DNA of 64,000 nucleotides, taken from positions 292,414-356,413 of the forward strand of contig CAWEMM010000002.1 in NCBI GenBank assembly GCA_963810095.1. The letters are read 5' to 3'. How positions within the stretch are numbered: the stretch's first letter is position 1; each line of letters opens with the position of its first letter. Source of the stretch: an uncultured Chloroflexia bacterium (GTDB lineage: Bacteria > Chloroflexota > Anaerolineae > CG2-30-64-16). Shown in pieces: positions 52,633 to 64,000 of this stretch. Both the position numbers and the translations under genes were made by a program. The notes beneath the pieces were generated by a model that was given only the letters and a program-made list of their open reading frames with translations, had not been told where the DNA came from and searched no databases.

Positions 52633-53100
52633 TTAGCCCTCGTTCGGCCCCGTGTGTTCCAGCAGTTCGATCGTGAGCCCCAGCCGGTCCTCCGCGTCGA
52701 TGTAGGCGAACTGCCCACCCTCGAAGTCCCCGCGCTGCACCATCTCCAGGCCCTGGCTCCCCAGGAAATCCACCGTGCGCTGCATGCCCTCGACCCAGAA
52801 GGCGATGTGATGGAACCCCTGCCCGTGCTTGTCCAGCGCATCCTGCCAGGTGCTTGGCCCGCCGAGGGGCTGGATCAGCTCGATCTCGACCTGGCCCAGC
52901 CGGATGAAGGCGAGCTTGCACCGCGCGTCGGAGGGCTCGCCGTGATACGTCTGGTTGGCCTCGAGCCCGGGTGCGGTCACGACAATCTCGGGCACAGGGA
53001 GCCCGAAGACAGCCGCATAGCGCCGGCTCATTTCCTCGATATCGCGTACGACAAACGCGACCTGCGCAAGCGGCGTGCTGCCCAGGGAAGTGTCACTCAT
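52633..53100 (-). CDS. VOC/glyoxalase family (methylmalonyl-CoA epimerase-like)
   Basis: QVAFVVRDIE, IELIQP, GFHHIAF, IELLE. Confidence 0.85.
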   Translation of the reverse strand: MSDTSLGSTPLAQVAFVVRDIEEMSRRYAAVFGLPVPEIVVTAPGLEANQTYHGEPSDARCKLAFIRLGQVEIELIQPLGGPSTWQDALDKHGQGFHHIAFWVEGMQRTVDFLGSQGLEMVQRGDFEGGQFAYIDAEDRLGLTIELLEHTGPNEG

Positions 53101-53196
53101 AGAGGGTCTCCTGCTGCGGCCGGTTCAGCTCCGAAAGCGCGCGGCCCGCAAATTCGCATGTGGCCCGCATCAATGCGGGGCTTGGGATGGAGGGAG

Positions 53197-53279
53197 TAGG
53201 GCGGGTGGGACTCGAACCCACAAAGTCTCTCGACCCTCGGTTTTTAAGACCGATGCGTTTGCCATTTCGCCACCGCCCC
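53197..53279 (-). tRNA. tRNA-Leu(TAA)
   Basis: GGGGCGGTGGCGAAATGGCAAACGCATCGGTCTTAAAAACCGA, long variable arm, GTTCGAGTC T-loop, ending CCGCCCTA. Confidence 0.95.
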
Positions 53280-53509
53280 GCAGTTGTCCCGGTAGGGGCT
53301 CTGTAACCACTATGGAGGGTATCACAGAAGCCTTTCGGCTACAACCTGAGCCTATGCGGAGCGTGCGTTTCTCAGGGTGGGGCAAGGTCAGCGGAGCATC
53401 CTGAGCGGAGCGGAGTGAAACGTAGCGCAGTCGAAGGATGCGGATCACGAAGGCGACCGCCGGGGGCATGCGTTCTTCGCGCACTTCGCGCTTCGTGAAG
53501 AGCTTGCCG

Positions 53510-54060
53510 AGCAGCCGCTGCTGATAGCGCGCGAAGACGAGCGCCGCCTTCTTGTCCATCGGCGAGACCGCCTTGGCCAGGAACTCCGTCGGCATCATAA
53601 TCTCGTTCTTCGCGGCGAGGATGCGGTGGATGACGCCGTTGACCGGGTAGACCTTCTCGTCGATGAAGCTCCCGGCCATGACGTCTTTGAGCATGCGCTT
53701 GGAGTCGTCGGGGTCGTAGATCGTGAAGTTGCGCGTGAAGCCGAGGAGCTCGGCGTCGGCGCGCAGCATCCGCACGCACATCGCGTGAAACGTGAGCACC
53801 CACATGCCGTGGACGCCCAGCCCGTACTCGGAGAGCAGCCTCGTCAAGCGCTCGCGCATCTCGGCGGCGGCCTTGTTGGTGAAGGTGATCGCGAGTATCT
53901 CGTGCGGGCTGACGCCGAGGTCGCCGATGAGGTGCGCGATGCGGTACGTGAGCACGCGCGTCTTGCCACTACCCGCCCCCGCAAGCACGAGCAGCGGGCC
54001 GTCAGTGGTCATGACAGCGTCGCGCTGCGCGGGGTTGAGTGAGGTGAGATCGATAGCCAT
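53510..54060 (-). pseudogene. pcrA: PcrA/UvrD helicase, N-terminal ~185 aa only (cut at a probable assembly junction)
   Basis: LNPAQ, LAGAGSGKT, ITFTNKAA, TFH, FTIYD, ending YQQRL; the expected continuation to motif II (DEYQD) is absent and repeat DNA follows. Confidence 0.8.
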
Positions 54061-54166
54061 AGCCGAGGTAGTGTAGCACGCAGAAGCGGCCCGGATGCCT
54101 CCCCGAGAACAACGCCGGGCGCCCCCGAAGGAGCGCCCGGCTGGGAGGGGTGGCGTGGCTCGTGGG

Positions 54167-57100
54167 CTACTTGGTCACGACCTTGAGAATGGGGCTGTAC
54201 CCCGCGTAGGAGTAGGTGTCTGCGGTTGCCGCCCAGCGCCAGTAGCTCGTGCCCTTGGACGTGAACTTGCGAGTCCACGAGACCGCACCCGAGCCGCTGT
54301 TGAACTTCGTCCACGTATTCCACTTGCGGCCGTCCCAGCGCTGCAGAACGAGCGGCCTACCGGTGAACATGATGTCCGCACCGTCAGCGCCCTTGCCCCG
54401 GGTCGCGCGTCGTCGAGAACTTCAAGCTCGGCCGGCCGAGATCGTCTTCGTGCCGGCTGGCGACATCGTCAGCTTCGGCGCCGCCTTGACCCAGACCGAG
54501 ACGGTCCGTGTGGTGGTCTTCCCGGCATCGTCGGTCGCACTCAGCGTCAGGTTGTTCTTCCCGAGCTTGTAGGTCACGAAGGTCAGCGCCGAGCCGTCAA
54601 CGCCCTCGCTGGCCGTGCCGAACACGTAGCGCATCGACCCGACACCGGATCCGCTGTCGGTCCCCCACGCGTGGACGACTGCCTTGTTCGCGTACACCGA
54701 GGAAAGATCGGTATGCACCGCCGGTGCCGCGCGGTCGATCAAGACCGGGAGCGTCTGCGTCGCCTCGACGCCGCTGCCGTCGGTCGACCAGAAGCTCACG
54801 TTCGTACGTCCTTCGTTGGTGATGTTGATCGTGCCGGTGTAGATAGCCTGCGGGAGCACGGTAGCGCCCGACAGCGTGTAGAACGTCAGCGAACCCGGCG
54901 TCGCCGTCATGGTCACCTGAGCGCTCGGGATGTCGAGCCAGCTCTCCGTTGCCGCAGCCGGAACCGTCGAGGCGGTCGTGACCGGCACCGCAACGGGCAT
55001 GAGTGCCGAGATGTAGTCGACGCCCGCCGACGGGCTGAAGCGCACCCGGTACGTGCGGCTGCCGACGATACGGCCGGTCTGCAGCGAGAAGGCGCCCGAC
55101 GCCTCCGGCCTACCCGAGTCCACTGCCGTCCACGCCGAGCCGCCGGTGCTGGTTTCGAGCACGACCTCGGCGCCGGAAATCGGTGTGCCGCCAAGTCCGA
55201 GCAGCGAGCCCGACACGGTCATGCCCTCGCCGAGCGCGGGCCCGGTACCGAGCGTGGCGTCCAGCGTGGCGTCGGCGGACGCGGCCCAGAGGCGAGCCTT
55301 CGCCAGACCGGCGAGCGCGTATGCCGGGTTGTGAATGCCGCCGGACGCGTCGTTGATGACGAAGTCGACGTTCTGAGCAGCGTGCTGCAGCATCGCCCAG
55401 CGCGACGCGGGCAGCGCGCCCGCCACGTCGGTGGTGGGCTGAGCTGCGATGAACTTCGTCCAACCCGTCAGCCCTAGATCGGTCGCGGCCCCATCGAGTG
55501 CGATGGTGGCCTCAGCGGATGCACTCGTGACTGCGGCCTGCTTCTGGTCGATCCATGCCTGCATGTCGGTCCGCGTGTATTCGGCCGCTTCGCCTGTGTG
55601 GCAATCCGAGGAACACGAGTCGCCGTTGGGACGCAGCTTCCAACGCTCCGCATCGCCAGGCTCGACGATATGGAACCGGTGGGACATCCGCGTACCGATG
55701 CGGGCTCCGACATCGTTGGCCGGCATGCCCTCCTTGTGGGTGCGAGGCATGTGGCAGTCTTGGCACGTCGTGTCGGGCATGGCCGTGTCCATGGGAGCGA
55801 CGCCCCACATACCTCCAAGGCCGTCCTCGCCGCCCCGACCACCGGTCTGCATCTCTCTTTGCGGGTGGCGGCTGTTGGTGTTGGCCGCAGGCCGCGAATA
55901 CTCAACGCCGGCGATGGTCTCGTACTGAACGGCCTGATCGAGCGTCTCGAACTGCCAGTTGTGGCAGTCGCCACAGCGAGACCTCCTTGCCGTTGCCCCA
56001 GCGGCGCATGCTGTCGTAGCCGCCGTGCTCGCCCATCCCCACGTGCCCGGTATGGCATACCTGGCATGAGATGCCCGGATCTGCGGTGGCGACGAGGCTC
56101 ATTGCGGGGGAGGTCGGGACGATGCGGGTGCCCGGTCGGGCGCCTTCGCGTCGATTCGGTTCAGGAAGCCGAGACCGGAGTGGCATTTCAGGCACTTGGT
56201 GTCGCCCTTGGCGGCGTAGGTCTTGACGCTTCGTTCACCGGATCGGCGTGCCCGTGCTCGCCGCCGCTCGAGACGGCGACCTTGTTGACGAGCCACTCGT
56301 TGTAGTAGGAGTGCCGCATCGAGAAGTTCGCGCCGTTGGGCAGGAACTTCGGCTTTGTAGTCCGTCTGCCCGCTGGCGAAGCGCATGACGTCGCCCTCTG
56401 TCTCGACGACGGCGGACGGCGTCAGGTATGCGGAGAGGTCGCGTCGGTGGTGTAGCCATTCGGGTTGCCGAACGCGTTGCCCGCGACGTTCTTCTGCGGC
56501 GTCGTCGCCGTCACGTGGCACTGGCCACACACCTGCGCCTTGAGTATCTGATAGCCACCGACGACCCCGGGACACCGTTCTTGTGGCCGTTGGGGTTCTT
56601 GCCCGACCGTGGCACGCCTCGCACTGGATGCCGAGCTCGCTGACGGTCGTCGGAGTCTTCGTCGTCTGCACCGCACCGCTCGGAAGCGTGTAGGGCTGCG
56701 TTCGAGGGACGCGTCAGGCCGACGTTGTGACACTGCCCGCAGCTCTGGCTGTAGATGCCGTTGCCGAGCTTGGCCGTCTGGGGCTCCAGCATGTTCTCGT
56801 CGATCAGGAAGTTCGCGGGGCTCCACAGCAGGCAGATCGTCCGCGGGAGCGACCTTGGTCGCGAGCGCGCTGCCCTCGAAGCCCGTGTACTCGAGGAAGC
56901 CCTCCTCGTCACCGACCTGCAGATAGACGTCGCGCGGCAGGACGCTGATGCCGCCAAGGGGGCTGGTGAACGGCCACAGGCCTGAGCGGCGGCCGGCTCA
57001 GCTTCTGGGGTTCGCGCGAATGTCCTTGACCATCTCGCTGTGCGGGGACGGCTTGGCCGCGATCTTGGCGTGGCAGCCCTCCTGGGCGCACGCCTCCTTG

Positions 57101-57239
57101 CCTGCGTACCAGTAGCCGTAGGGGTTCTGGGTTTGCGTTCCGCCACCGCCGGTGACCTGGAACGCCAGAGCCGACATGGGCAGCGCGAGGACGTGATGAT
57201 GGCGCCCATCACGATGGCAGCTGCAAACGAGCGTTTCAT
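54167..57239 (-). CDS. Large secreted multiheme cytochrome c with C-terminal Ig-like domains (many frameshifts)
   Basis: Signal-like MKRSFAAAIVMG. Across frames: CAQEGCH, CGQCH, CEACH, CGQCH, CLKCH, CQVCH, CGDCH, CQDCH, CSSDCH, then DASGGIHNP and beta-rich domains. Confidence 0.75.
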
Positions 57240-57415
57240 GCGTCCCCCTACGGTCGTGCGTTCCGACAGTCCGCTGCCGTGCTCGGCGATGACCGCTGTC
57301 ACGGGCGCGAGCACGCACGGCGAGGCGGCCCGAATGGACCGACGTAGGGTTAATCGGCGTTCGGACCGCTGGACTTGACCCTCTGCGCCGAGCTCGCCGA
57401 GCGAAGCAGCCTGAG

Positions 57416-57595
57416 CTAGTCGACGAACTTGATCATCTTGAAGCCGCCGTCGGCCTTCTTGAGGCAGGCGTTGTGGGTCACGTGACGCTCGCCGTGGGAG
57501 AACTGGGCGTTGCCGCACTTCTCGCAGACGGTGCGATGGCAGACCGAACAGTCGCCCAAGTGTCGCGAGTGATTCGCGCCACAGTACGGGCACAT
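57416..57595 (-). CDS. Small Cys/His-rich zinc-finger-like protein
   Basis: CPYC...CSVC...CEKC...H..C in 59 aa; start uncertain. Confidence 0.55.
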   Translation of the reverse strand: MCPYCGANHSRHLGDCSVCHRTVCEKCGNAQFSHGERHVTHNACLKKADGGFKMIKFVD

Positions 57596-57799
57596 CCGGC
57601 TGAGAACGCCACCCTCGGTCACACACAGCTCCCGTCGCGAGCGAACGCGTGCGCGCGCGAGACGGGGTAGCCGCGCGCCGAGCGACGTGGAAGCGCGAGG
57701 TCGTCCGACCGCCGCTGCTTCCTGTGTTCGTGTCGCGCGCATCGATTCCTCTAAGTCCGCAGGCGCGGTCGGGACCGGCATCACGAGGGCAGACAGCAC

Positions 57800-57825
57800 G
57801 AACGCCCTCCGCGGGGAGGGCGTTC
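57800..57825. terminator. Hairpin downstream of DAHP synthase
   Basis: GAACGCCCTCC-GCGG-GGAGGGCGTTC. Confidence 0.5.
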
Positions 57826-57853
57826 GGGGCGCGTCACTGCGAGCATGCGCGCT

Positions 57854-58657
57854 CTAGCTGACCTCGGTTCCCACGGCACCGGCCACGGTCTTGAGGTCCG
57901 CGACGAGCGCCGCGAACTGGTCGAGGTCGAGCGATTGCGGGCCGTCGCACAGCGCCTCGCGCGGGTTGGGATGCACCTCGACCATGATGCCGTCGGCGCC
58001 CACGGCGACCGCGGCCGCGCGCGATAGCGCGGGCACGAGGTCGGCCTGACCGGCCGGATGCGAGACGTCGATGATGATCGGCAGCAGCGAGAGCTTCTTG
58101 ACGACCGGCACCGCCGTGATGTCGAGCGTGAAGCGGTAGGCCGTCTCGAACGTGCGGATGCCGCGCTCGCACAGGATCACGTTCTCGTTGCCGAGCATCG
58201 TGATGTAGTTGGTGGCCTGCAGCCACTCCTCGATGGTCGCGGCCATGCCGCGCTTGAAGACGACCGGCTTGCCGCTCTCGGCGGTGACCTGCGCCGATCT
58301 TCTTGAGCAGGCTGAAGTTGGCCATGTTGCGCGTGCCGATCTGGAGCATGTCGGCGTACTCGGCGACGACCTCGGCGTGGGCCGAGTCGGTGACCTCGGT
58401 GACGACGAGCAGCCCGTACTCGTCGGCGGCCTCGCGCAGGAGCTCGAGGCCCTTGTGCTCGAGACCCTGGAACGAGAACGGCGAGGTGCGCGGCTTGTAG
58501 GCGCCGCCGCGCATGACCTTGATGCCGAGCTCCTAGCAGGCACGCGGCGACCTCGCGCATCTGCTCGCGGCTCTCGACCGAGCACGGGCCGGCGATGATG
58601 GTCATGCCGCCGTCGCGCGCGACGGCGCCGATCGCCGGCGCGTCCTGCGGCGGCCAT
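57854..58657 (-). CDS. aroF: DAHP synthase class I-beta (frameshifted)
   Basis: [56 protein letters not shown]. Confidence 0.85.
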   Translation of the reverse strand: MAAAGRAGDRRRRARRRHDHHRRPVLGREPRADARGRRVPARSSASRSCAAAPTSRAPRRSRSRVSSTRASSSCARPPTSTGCSSSPRSPTRPTPRSSPSTPTCSRSARATWPTSACSRRSAQVTAESGKPVVFKRGMAATIEEWLQATNYITMLGNENVILCERGIRTFETAYRFTLDITAVPVVKKLSLLPIIIDVSHPAGQADLVPALSRAAAVAVGADGIMVEVHPNPREALCDGPQSLDLDQFAALVADLKTVAGAVGTEVS

Positions 58658-58938
58658 CAGCCCCTCATCTCCTTGGCGACGTGCAGGATGGCTTCGTAGA
58701 TCTCGCGCAGGTCGTCGCCGTAGAGCGGGCCTTCGTTGCACTTGGCGACGTTGGTGAAGATCTCCTCCTCGCGCTTGGGGTCGTACAGGCCCCAGTGCGC
58801 CTGCGGCTTGAGCGCGCGGATGTCGAGCGAGCACTGCGCGCGCTCGTTGAGCAGCCGCACGAGCTGGCAGTCGATCTGGTCGATGCGCTCGCGAATCTCG
58901 GCGATCTTCGCCTGAGCGTCGAGGTTCTGGTCGGACAT
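58657..58938 (-). CDS. Chorismate mutase (AroQ)
   Basis: IRERIDQID..LV.LLNER...K....YDPKREEEI. Confidence 0.85.
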   Translation of the reverse strand: MSDQNLDAQAKIAEIRERIDQIDCQLVRLLNERAQCSLDIRALKPQAHWGLYDPKREEEIFTNVAKCNEGPLYGDDLREIYEAILHVAKEMRG

Positions 58939-59060
58939 CACGTGCCCCCTTGCATATTCGAGCATCAAACCGCCACTGCAGCGGTTCACGCATTGTAGAC
59001 CGAATGCGACCGCGACGGGAGGTGCCGGCGCACGCCGGCGGCTCCGCGGACGCCGGCGGC

Positions 59061-60283
59061 TCAGAGGGTCGACGCGAGCGCGACAAGCACGCGCCGAGGA
59101 CGCGCCGGCGAGCCGCTCCCAGAGCGTGGCAGCTGGCGGCCCGGTCGCCTGCGCAGACGCGGATGCGCTCGGCTCGGCGTCGCGGTCGGCACCAGGCGCG
59201 ACGGTCGGCTACGTCCGAGTCGGCGAGCAGCGTGACGCGTCGCGAGCGTCTTCCCGCCGCTGACACACGCACGACGCCGAGCTGGTCGCCCGCTTGATCG
59301 GTGCCGGCACCGAGTGCTGGGCAGCATGACGATCGCGCTCCAGCGCGTCGCCCGTTGATCGACACGCTCGGGACTCTCGCCGAGGCGTGCACGGTGACAC
59401 CGACCGTCGTCGTCGCCATCGCTCACCTGAACGACGCCCATCGTGGCATCGGTCGAGACGAGCCGCTTCATGCGGTAGTGCGCGAAGCCCCAGTCGAGCA
59501 GCTTGCGCATCTGCGAGAAGCGTCCGGCCGTTGGACGGCGCTCCGAGCACGACGCCGACGAGCTCGAGGTTGCCGCGCTTGGCCGCGCCCACGAAGCAGT
59601 AGCCGGCCGGGTACGGTGAAGCCGGTCTTGACGCCCTCGATGCCGCGGTAGATGCCCGAGCATGCTCGTTGGTCGCCGGATGCGCTTGGGCTTCTGGTGC
59701 GGCCGCGTCAGCACGACGCTCTTCATGCAGCACGGTCTTGCGCAGCACCGGATCGGCCATGACGGCACGCCCGAGCACCGCGAGGTCGCGGGCGGTCGAG
59801 TGCTCTCGTCTTGCTCAGCCCGTGCGGGTCGATGGCGTGCGTGTCGCTTGAGCCCCAGCTGCCTGGCCTTCGCGTTCATGCAGCGCGACGTACTTCTTCT
59901 CGCTGCCGGCGATGTGGATCGCGAGCGCCTCGGCCGCGTCGTTCGCGGAGCGCGACCATCATGAGCTGCAGCAGCTTGCGAACGGTGACCTTCTGGCCCT
60001 TGACGAGCCCGACACCGTCTTCGGTGTTCGCCGCCTTCGCCGAGACGGTCACACGTCTCGTCGAGCGACGCCCGCTCGCTGCACGACGAGCGCGTTGAGC
60101 ATCTTGATGGTGCTCGCGACGCGGCGTTCGGTGCTGCGGTTGCGCGACCACAGGCGTTGCCCGCCGATCGTGTAGAGGGTGGCGGCAGGAACGGTCACCG
60201 AGGGCTGCGACGGCGGTCGCGGCAGCTGCGACAGAGGGCAGCAGAGCGACGCACAGGTACGTCGCGCACAGAGAACGCTGCAA
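59061..60283 (-). CDS. D-alanyl-D-alanine carboxypeptidase (peptidase S11), heavily frameshifted
   Basis: Fragments ASTIKML, MNAKARQLG, GVKTGFT, AGYCFVGAAKRG, KLLDWGF in alternating frames. Confidence 0.7.
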
Positions 60284-60433
60284 TCACTCGCCGAGGTGCG
60301 CTCACGGCCTCACTCCATCCGATGCCGTGCTCAAGCATACCTGACGAGCGCCCCGCGGTCATCGCTGCACTGAAACGTGCGGGAGCCGGCCACGATCGGC
60401 CGACTCCGTGACTTGGGACTACGGGGCTCAGTC

Positions 60434-60688
60434 CTACGCGCCCGGCTCGAGCTTGCCCTCGAGTTCGCACACCGCGCTGCGTGCTCGCCGCAAGCAGGAG
60501 CAGGCGACGCCGAGATGACCATCGGCAGCGCGAGCGCGAGCAGCACGCTCATCCACAGCAGCGGCTCCAAGCCGGCGAAGAAGCCCCACACGACGACGAC
60601 CGCCGCGCGCTACGAACAGCACGACCGCAGCGAGCCTCTCGTAGAACAGGCACAGCACGAAGACCACGACGGTGAGCGCGAGCGGCAT
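60434..60688 (-). CDS. Possible small membrane protein (frameshifted)
   Basis: Hydrophobic segments in two overlapping frames; no family recognised. Confidence 0.3.
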   Translation of the reverse strand: MPLALTVVVFVLCLFYERLAAVVLFVARGGRRRVGLLRRLGAAAVDERAARARAADGHLGVACSCLRRARSAVCELEGKLEPGA

Positions 60689-61017
60689 CAGCGCGCTAAC
60701 CCCGGCTTTCGTGACGTCATTGAACGTGTAGGTGAGGTTCGAGTACCTCTGCGTACGTCGACTGCGCGAAGAACATCATCGCCCAGACGAAACCGCCAAG
60801 CCACGATGAACGCGCGCGCGATGAGTCTCGAAGCATTCATGCGCTCGCGTGCTACACGTGCGTACAAGAAGGTTCATGCTGTCCAACCTCTCCCCGGAGA
60901 TGCATTCCAGCCACTTCCTATCTCATTCCCCTGAACGGCAACGCGACGAACGCCGACCCTCTCGGCCGGCGTTCGATGGTACTGCCAATGGGAGTCCACG
61001 CAGAGCTTGCCGCCCGG

Positions 61018-62588
61018 CTACTCCCACTCGATGGTGCCGGGAGGCTTGCTCGTGATGTCGTAGGCGACGCGGTTGATGCCGTCGACCTCGTTGATGATGC
61101 GGTTGCTCATCTTGGCGAGCAGCTCGTGCGGCAGCCGCGCCCAGTCCGCGGTCATCGCGTCGGCCGAGGCGACCGCGCGGATGATGATCGGGTGGCCGTA
61201 GGTGCGCTCGTCGCCCATGACGCCGACCGAGCGGATGTCGGGCAGCACCGCGAAGTACTGCCACACCTCGCGGTCGGTGTCCCACGCGCCGATCTCCTCG
61301 CGCACGATCGCGTCGGCCGCGCGCAGCGTCTCGAGCTTCTCGTGCGTGATCTCGCCGATGATGCGCACGGCGAGGCCGGGACCCGGGAAGGGCTGGCGGT
61401 GGACGATCTCGTCGGGAAGGCCGAGCTCGGAGCCGACGGCGCGGACCTCGTCTTTGAAGAGCGCCTTGAGCGGCTCGATGAGGTCGAAGTGCACGCCCTC
61501 GGGGAACGGGATGAGGTTGTGGTGGCTCTTGATCTTCGCGGTCGCCTTGCCGCCGCGGCCGCCGGACTCGATGACGTCGGGGTAGAGCGTGCCCTGCGCG
61601 AGGAACTTCACGCCCTCGAGCGTGGTCGCCTCCTCGAAGAAGACCTGCCAGAACTCCTCGCCGATGATGTGGCGCTTGCGCTCCGGGTCGGTGACGCCGG
61701 CGAGCAGCGCCTGGTAGCGCTCCTCGGCCGACGACGTGCACGAGGTCGACGTGGAACTGGTCGCGGAAGGTGCGCGACGACCTGCTCGGCCTCGTCGAGG
61801 CGCAGCATGCCGTGGTCGACGAAGACGCAGGTGAGCTGGTCGCCGATGGCGCGGTGCAGCAGCGCGGCGACGACGCTGAGCGTCGACGCCGCCGGACAGG
61901 CCGCAGATGACGCGGGCGTCGCCGACCTGCGCGCGGATCGTCTCGACCGCGTCGTCGATGATGTTGACCATCGTCCACAGCGGCGGGATCTTCGCGATGT
62001 CGTGCAGGAACGTGCGGATGATCTGCTGGCCGTGCTCGGTGTGCGCGACCTCCGGGTGGAACTGGGTCGCGTACAGGCCGCGCTCGGCGTGCTCCATCGC
62101 GGCGACGGCGGTGGTGCCGGTGCGCGCGGTGACGACGAAGCCCGTCGGGCGCGGTGCCCACGGAGTCGCGGTGGCTCATCCAGACCTGCGTGGTCTCGGG
62201 CAGGCCGTCGAGCAGCATGCAGCCGGGCGCGGTGACGGTCAGCTCGGCGAAGCCGTACTCGCCGATGTCGGTCTTCGGGATCTCGCCGCCAAGGTGCAGC
62301 GCCATCTCCTGGATGCCGTAGCAGAAGCCCAGGATCGGGATGCCCAGCTCGAGCACGCGCCGGGTCCATGTGCGGCGCGCCCTCGGCGTAGACCGAGGCG
62401 GGACCGCCGGAGAGGATGAGCGCCGCCGGCTTGCGGCGCGCGACCTCCTCGGCGGTGATGTCGAACGGGACGATCTCGGAGTAGACGCGGGCCTCGCGCA
62501 CGCGACGCGCGATGAGCTGCGCGTACTGCGCGCCGAAGTCGAGGACGAAGACGGTGGGCTGGCTGTCGTGCTGCTGGATACCCGGCAC
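61018..62588 (-). CDS. guaA: GMP synthase (glutamine-hydrolysing), frameshifted
   Basis: [69 protein letters not shown]. Confidence 0.93.
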
Positions 62589-62589
62589 G

Positions 62590-63762
62590 CTAGCGGCCCA
62601 TCCCGACGCCCTGGGTGTTCTGCAGGACCTTGCCCTCGGTCTGGAGCGACGGTGCGACCATGACCTCGGCCTTCTGGAACGTCTTGAGGTTCTCGTAGCC
62701 GGTGGTCGCCATCGAGGTGCGCAGGCCGCCGAGCAGGTTCAGCGTGCCGTCGTTCTGGTGCGCCGGGCCGAGAAGGATCTCCTCGAGCGTGCCCTTGATG
62801 CCGGCGCGAACGCGGGTGCCGCGCGGCAGGTCGGGGTGGAAGGTCGCCATGCCCCAGTGGAAGCCGCGGCCGGGCGCCTCGGAGGCGCTCGCGAGCGGCG
62901 AGCCGATCATGATGGCGTCGGCGCCGACGGCGATGGCCTTGGCCAGGTCGCCGCCGGTGCGCATGCCGCCGTCGGCGATGATGTGGCAGTACTTGCCGGT
63001 CTCCTCGAGGAAGCGCGTGCGCGCGGCGGCGGCGTCAGCGATCGCGGTGGCCTGCGGGACGCCGATGCCGAGCACGCGGCGCGAGGTGCACGCGTGGCCG
63101 GGGCCGACGCCCACGAGCACGCCGACGGCGCCGGAGCGCATGAGGTGCAGCGCGCCCTGGTAGCTGCAGCAGCCGCCGATGATGCACGGGATGTCGAGGC
63201 TCTCGACGAACGCGTTGAGGTCGAGCGGCTTGTCGTAGCTGCTCACGTGCTCAGCCGAGACGACCGTGCCCTGGATGACGAGGATGTCGAGCCCGCCGGC
63301 GAGCGCAGCCTCGAGGTAGCGCTCGCAGTTCTGCGGCGTGAGCGAGGCGGCGGCCATGACGCCGCCGTCCTTGATCTCCTTGACGCGCTTGGTGATGAGC
63401 TCTGCCTTGATCGGCTCCTTGTAGAGCTCCTGCATCTTCGCGGTCGCCTCTTCCTTGTCGAAAGACGCGATCTGGTCGAGCAGCGGCGCGGGGTCCTCAT
63501 AGCGGGTCTGGATGCCCTCGAGGTTCAGGACGGCGAGGCCGCCGAGCTTGCCCATGGTGATGGCGAACGCGGGGTCGACGACGCCGTCCATCGCCGAGGC
63601 GAGCACCGGCAGCGGGAAGTTGTAGTCACGGCCCTTGAAGTTGAACGTCCACGAGATGTCGACGTCGCGCGGGTCGCGCGTCCGCCGTGACGGGACGATC
63701 GCGATGTCGTCGAATCCGTAGGCGCGCCGTGCGGTCTTGCCGCGTCCGATCTCAATCTCCAT
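62590..63762 (-). CDS. guaB: IMP dehydrogenase family protein, GuaB3 type
   Basis: [56 protein letters not shown]; no CBS domains. Confidence 0.9.
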   Translation of the reverse strand: MEIEIGRGKTARRAYGFDDIAIVPSRRTRDPRDVDISWTFNFKGRDYNFPLPVLASAMDGVVDPAFAITMGKLGGLAVLNLEGIQTRYEDPAPLLDQIASFDKEEATAKMQELYKEPIKAELITKRVKEIKDGGVMAAASLTPQNCERYLEAALAGGLDILVIQGTVVSAEHVSSYDKPLDLNAFVESLDIPCIIGGCCSYQGALHLMRSGAVGVLVGVGPGHACTSRRVLGIGVPQATAIADAAAARTRFLEETGKYCHIIADGGMRTGGDLAKAIAVGADAIMIGSPLASASEAPGRGFHWGMATFHPDLPRGTRVRAGIKGTLEEILLGPAHQNDGTLNLLGGLRTSMATTGYENLKTFQKAEVMVAPSLQTEGKVLQNTQGVGMGR

Positions 63763-64000
63763 GCTGGCAACATCCTCCTCGTGAATCGTCACGCCCCACT
63801 GGGGCACTTGTTCCCTGTTCACCGAGGAGCGAGGCATGGCTTCGGATACGACGAAACCAGGCAAACATCGCCGAGTGACCTTAAGCGAGATGCCTGGTTC
63901 GACTGAGTGCTGCGTTTGGCCGCCCACGAACCCGAATCCGAGTCCGGACTGCGCCCCGGTGTCCGTATTCTAGTGGAGCCGCCCCCGTTCGTGAACCGTG

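Noticed and set aside
53495-53512. 18-bp identity with crtI (gtgaagagcttgccgagc, ~25294) at the junction
   Set aside because: A single short match in GC-rich DNA with no flanking similarity; cannot be told apart from chance here.
53197-64000. Genomic island integrated at tRNA-Leu
   Set aside because: No integrase or att duplication, the junction is upstream of the tRNA, and the content is housekeeping; a chimera explains it better.

Overview
High-GC window that looks like two different genomes joined near 53.5 kb. Many otherwise intact genes carry single-base frameshifts, which points to uncorrected long-read errors. Left part (1-53.5 kb, Chloroflexota-like by inference): a ~27 kb minus-strand carotenoid/photoprotection supercluster containing crtB, crtI, carotenoid oxygenase, an ABC exporter, a CrtD-like desaturase, lycopene cyclase, CruF, GT2, a PlsY-like acyltransferase, a tocopherol-cyclase-like protein and a UGA-containing UxxC selenoprotein. 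Three of its sigma70 promoters overlap 11-bp-periodic TnnACA repeats of the CarH/LitR operator type. Next come udgB, an M24 peptidase, Fe-SOD, and a tightly coupled five-gene module: response regulator, coiled-coil protein, longin/roadblock-like transmembrane SH3b protein, Rab-like small GTPase and PAS histidine kinase. This module is the best candidate for an undescribed signalling system. It is followed by moeA-PBP, gyrA, an AlbA_2/Schlafen protein, murI, rplI, an unidentified attenuator-like RNA, a GTDC1-like glycosyltransferase, tRNA-Cys and tRNA-Leu. Right part (53.5-64 kb, Actinomycetota/Coriobacteriia-like by inference, much more error-rich): truncated pcrA, a large multiheme cytochrome c, DAHP synthase, chorismate mutase, DD-carboxypeptidase, guaA and guaB3.
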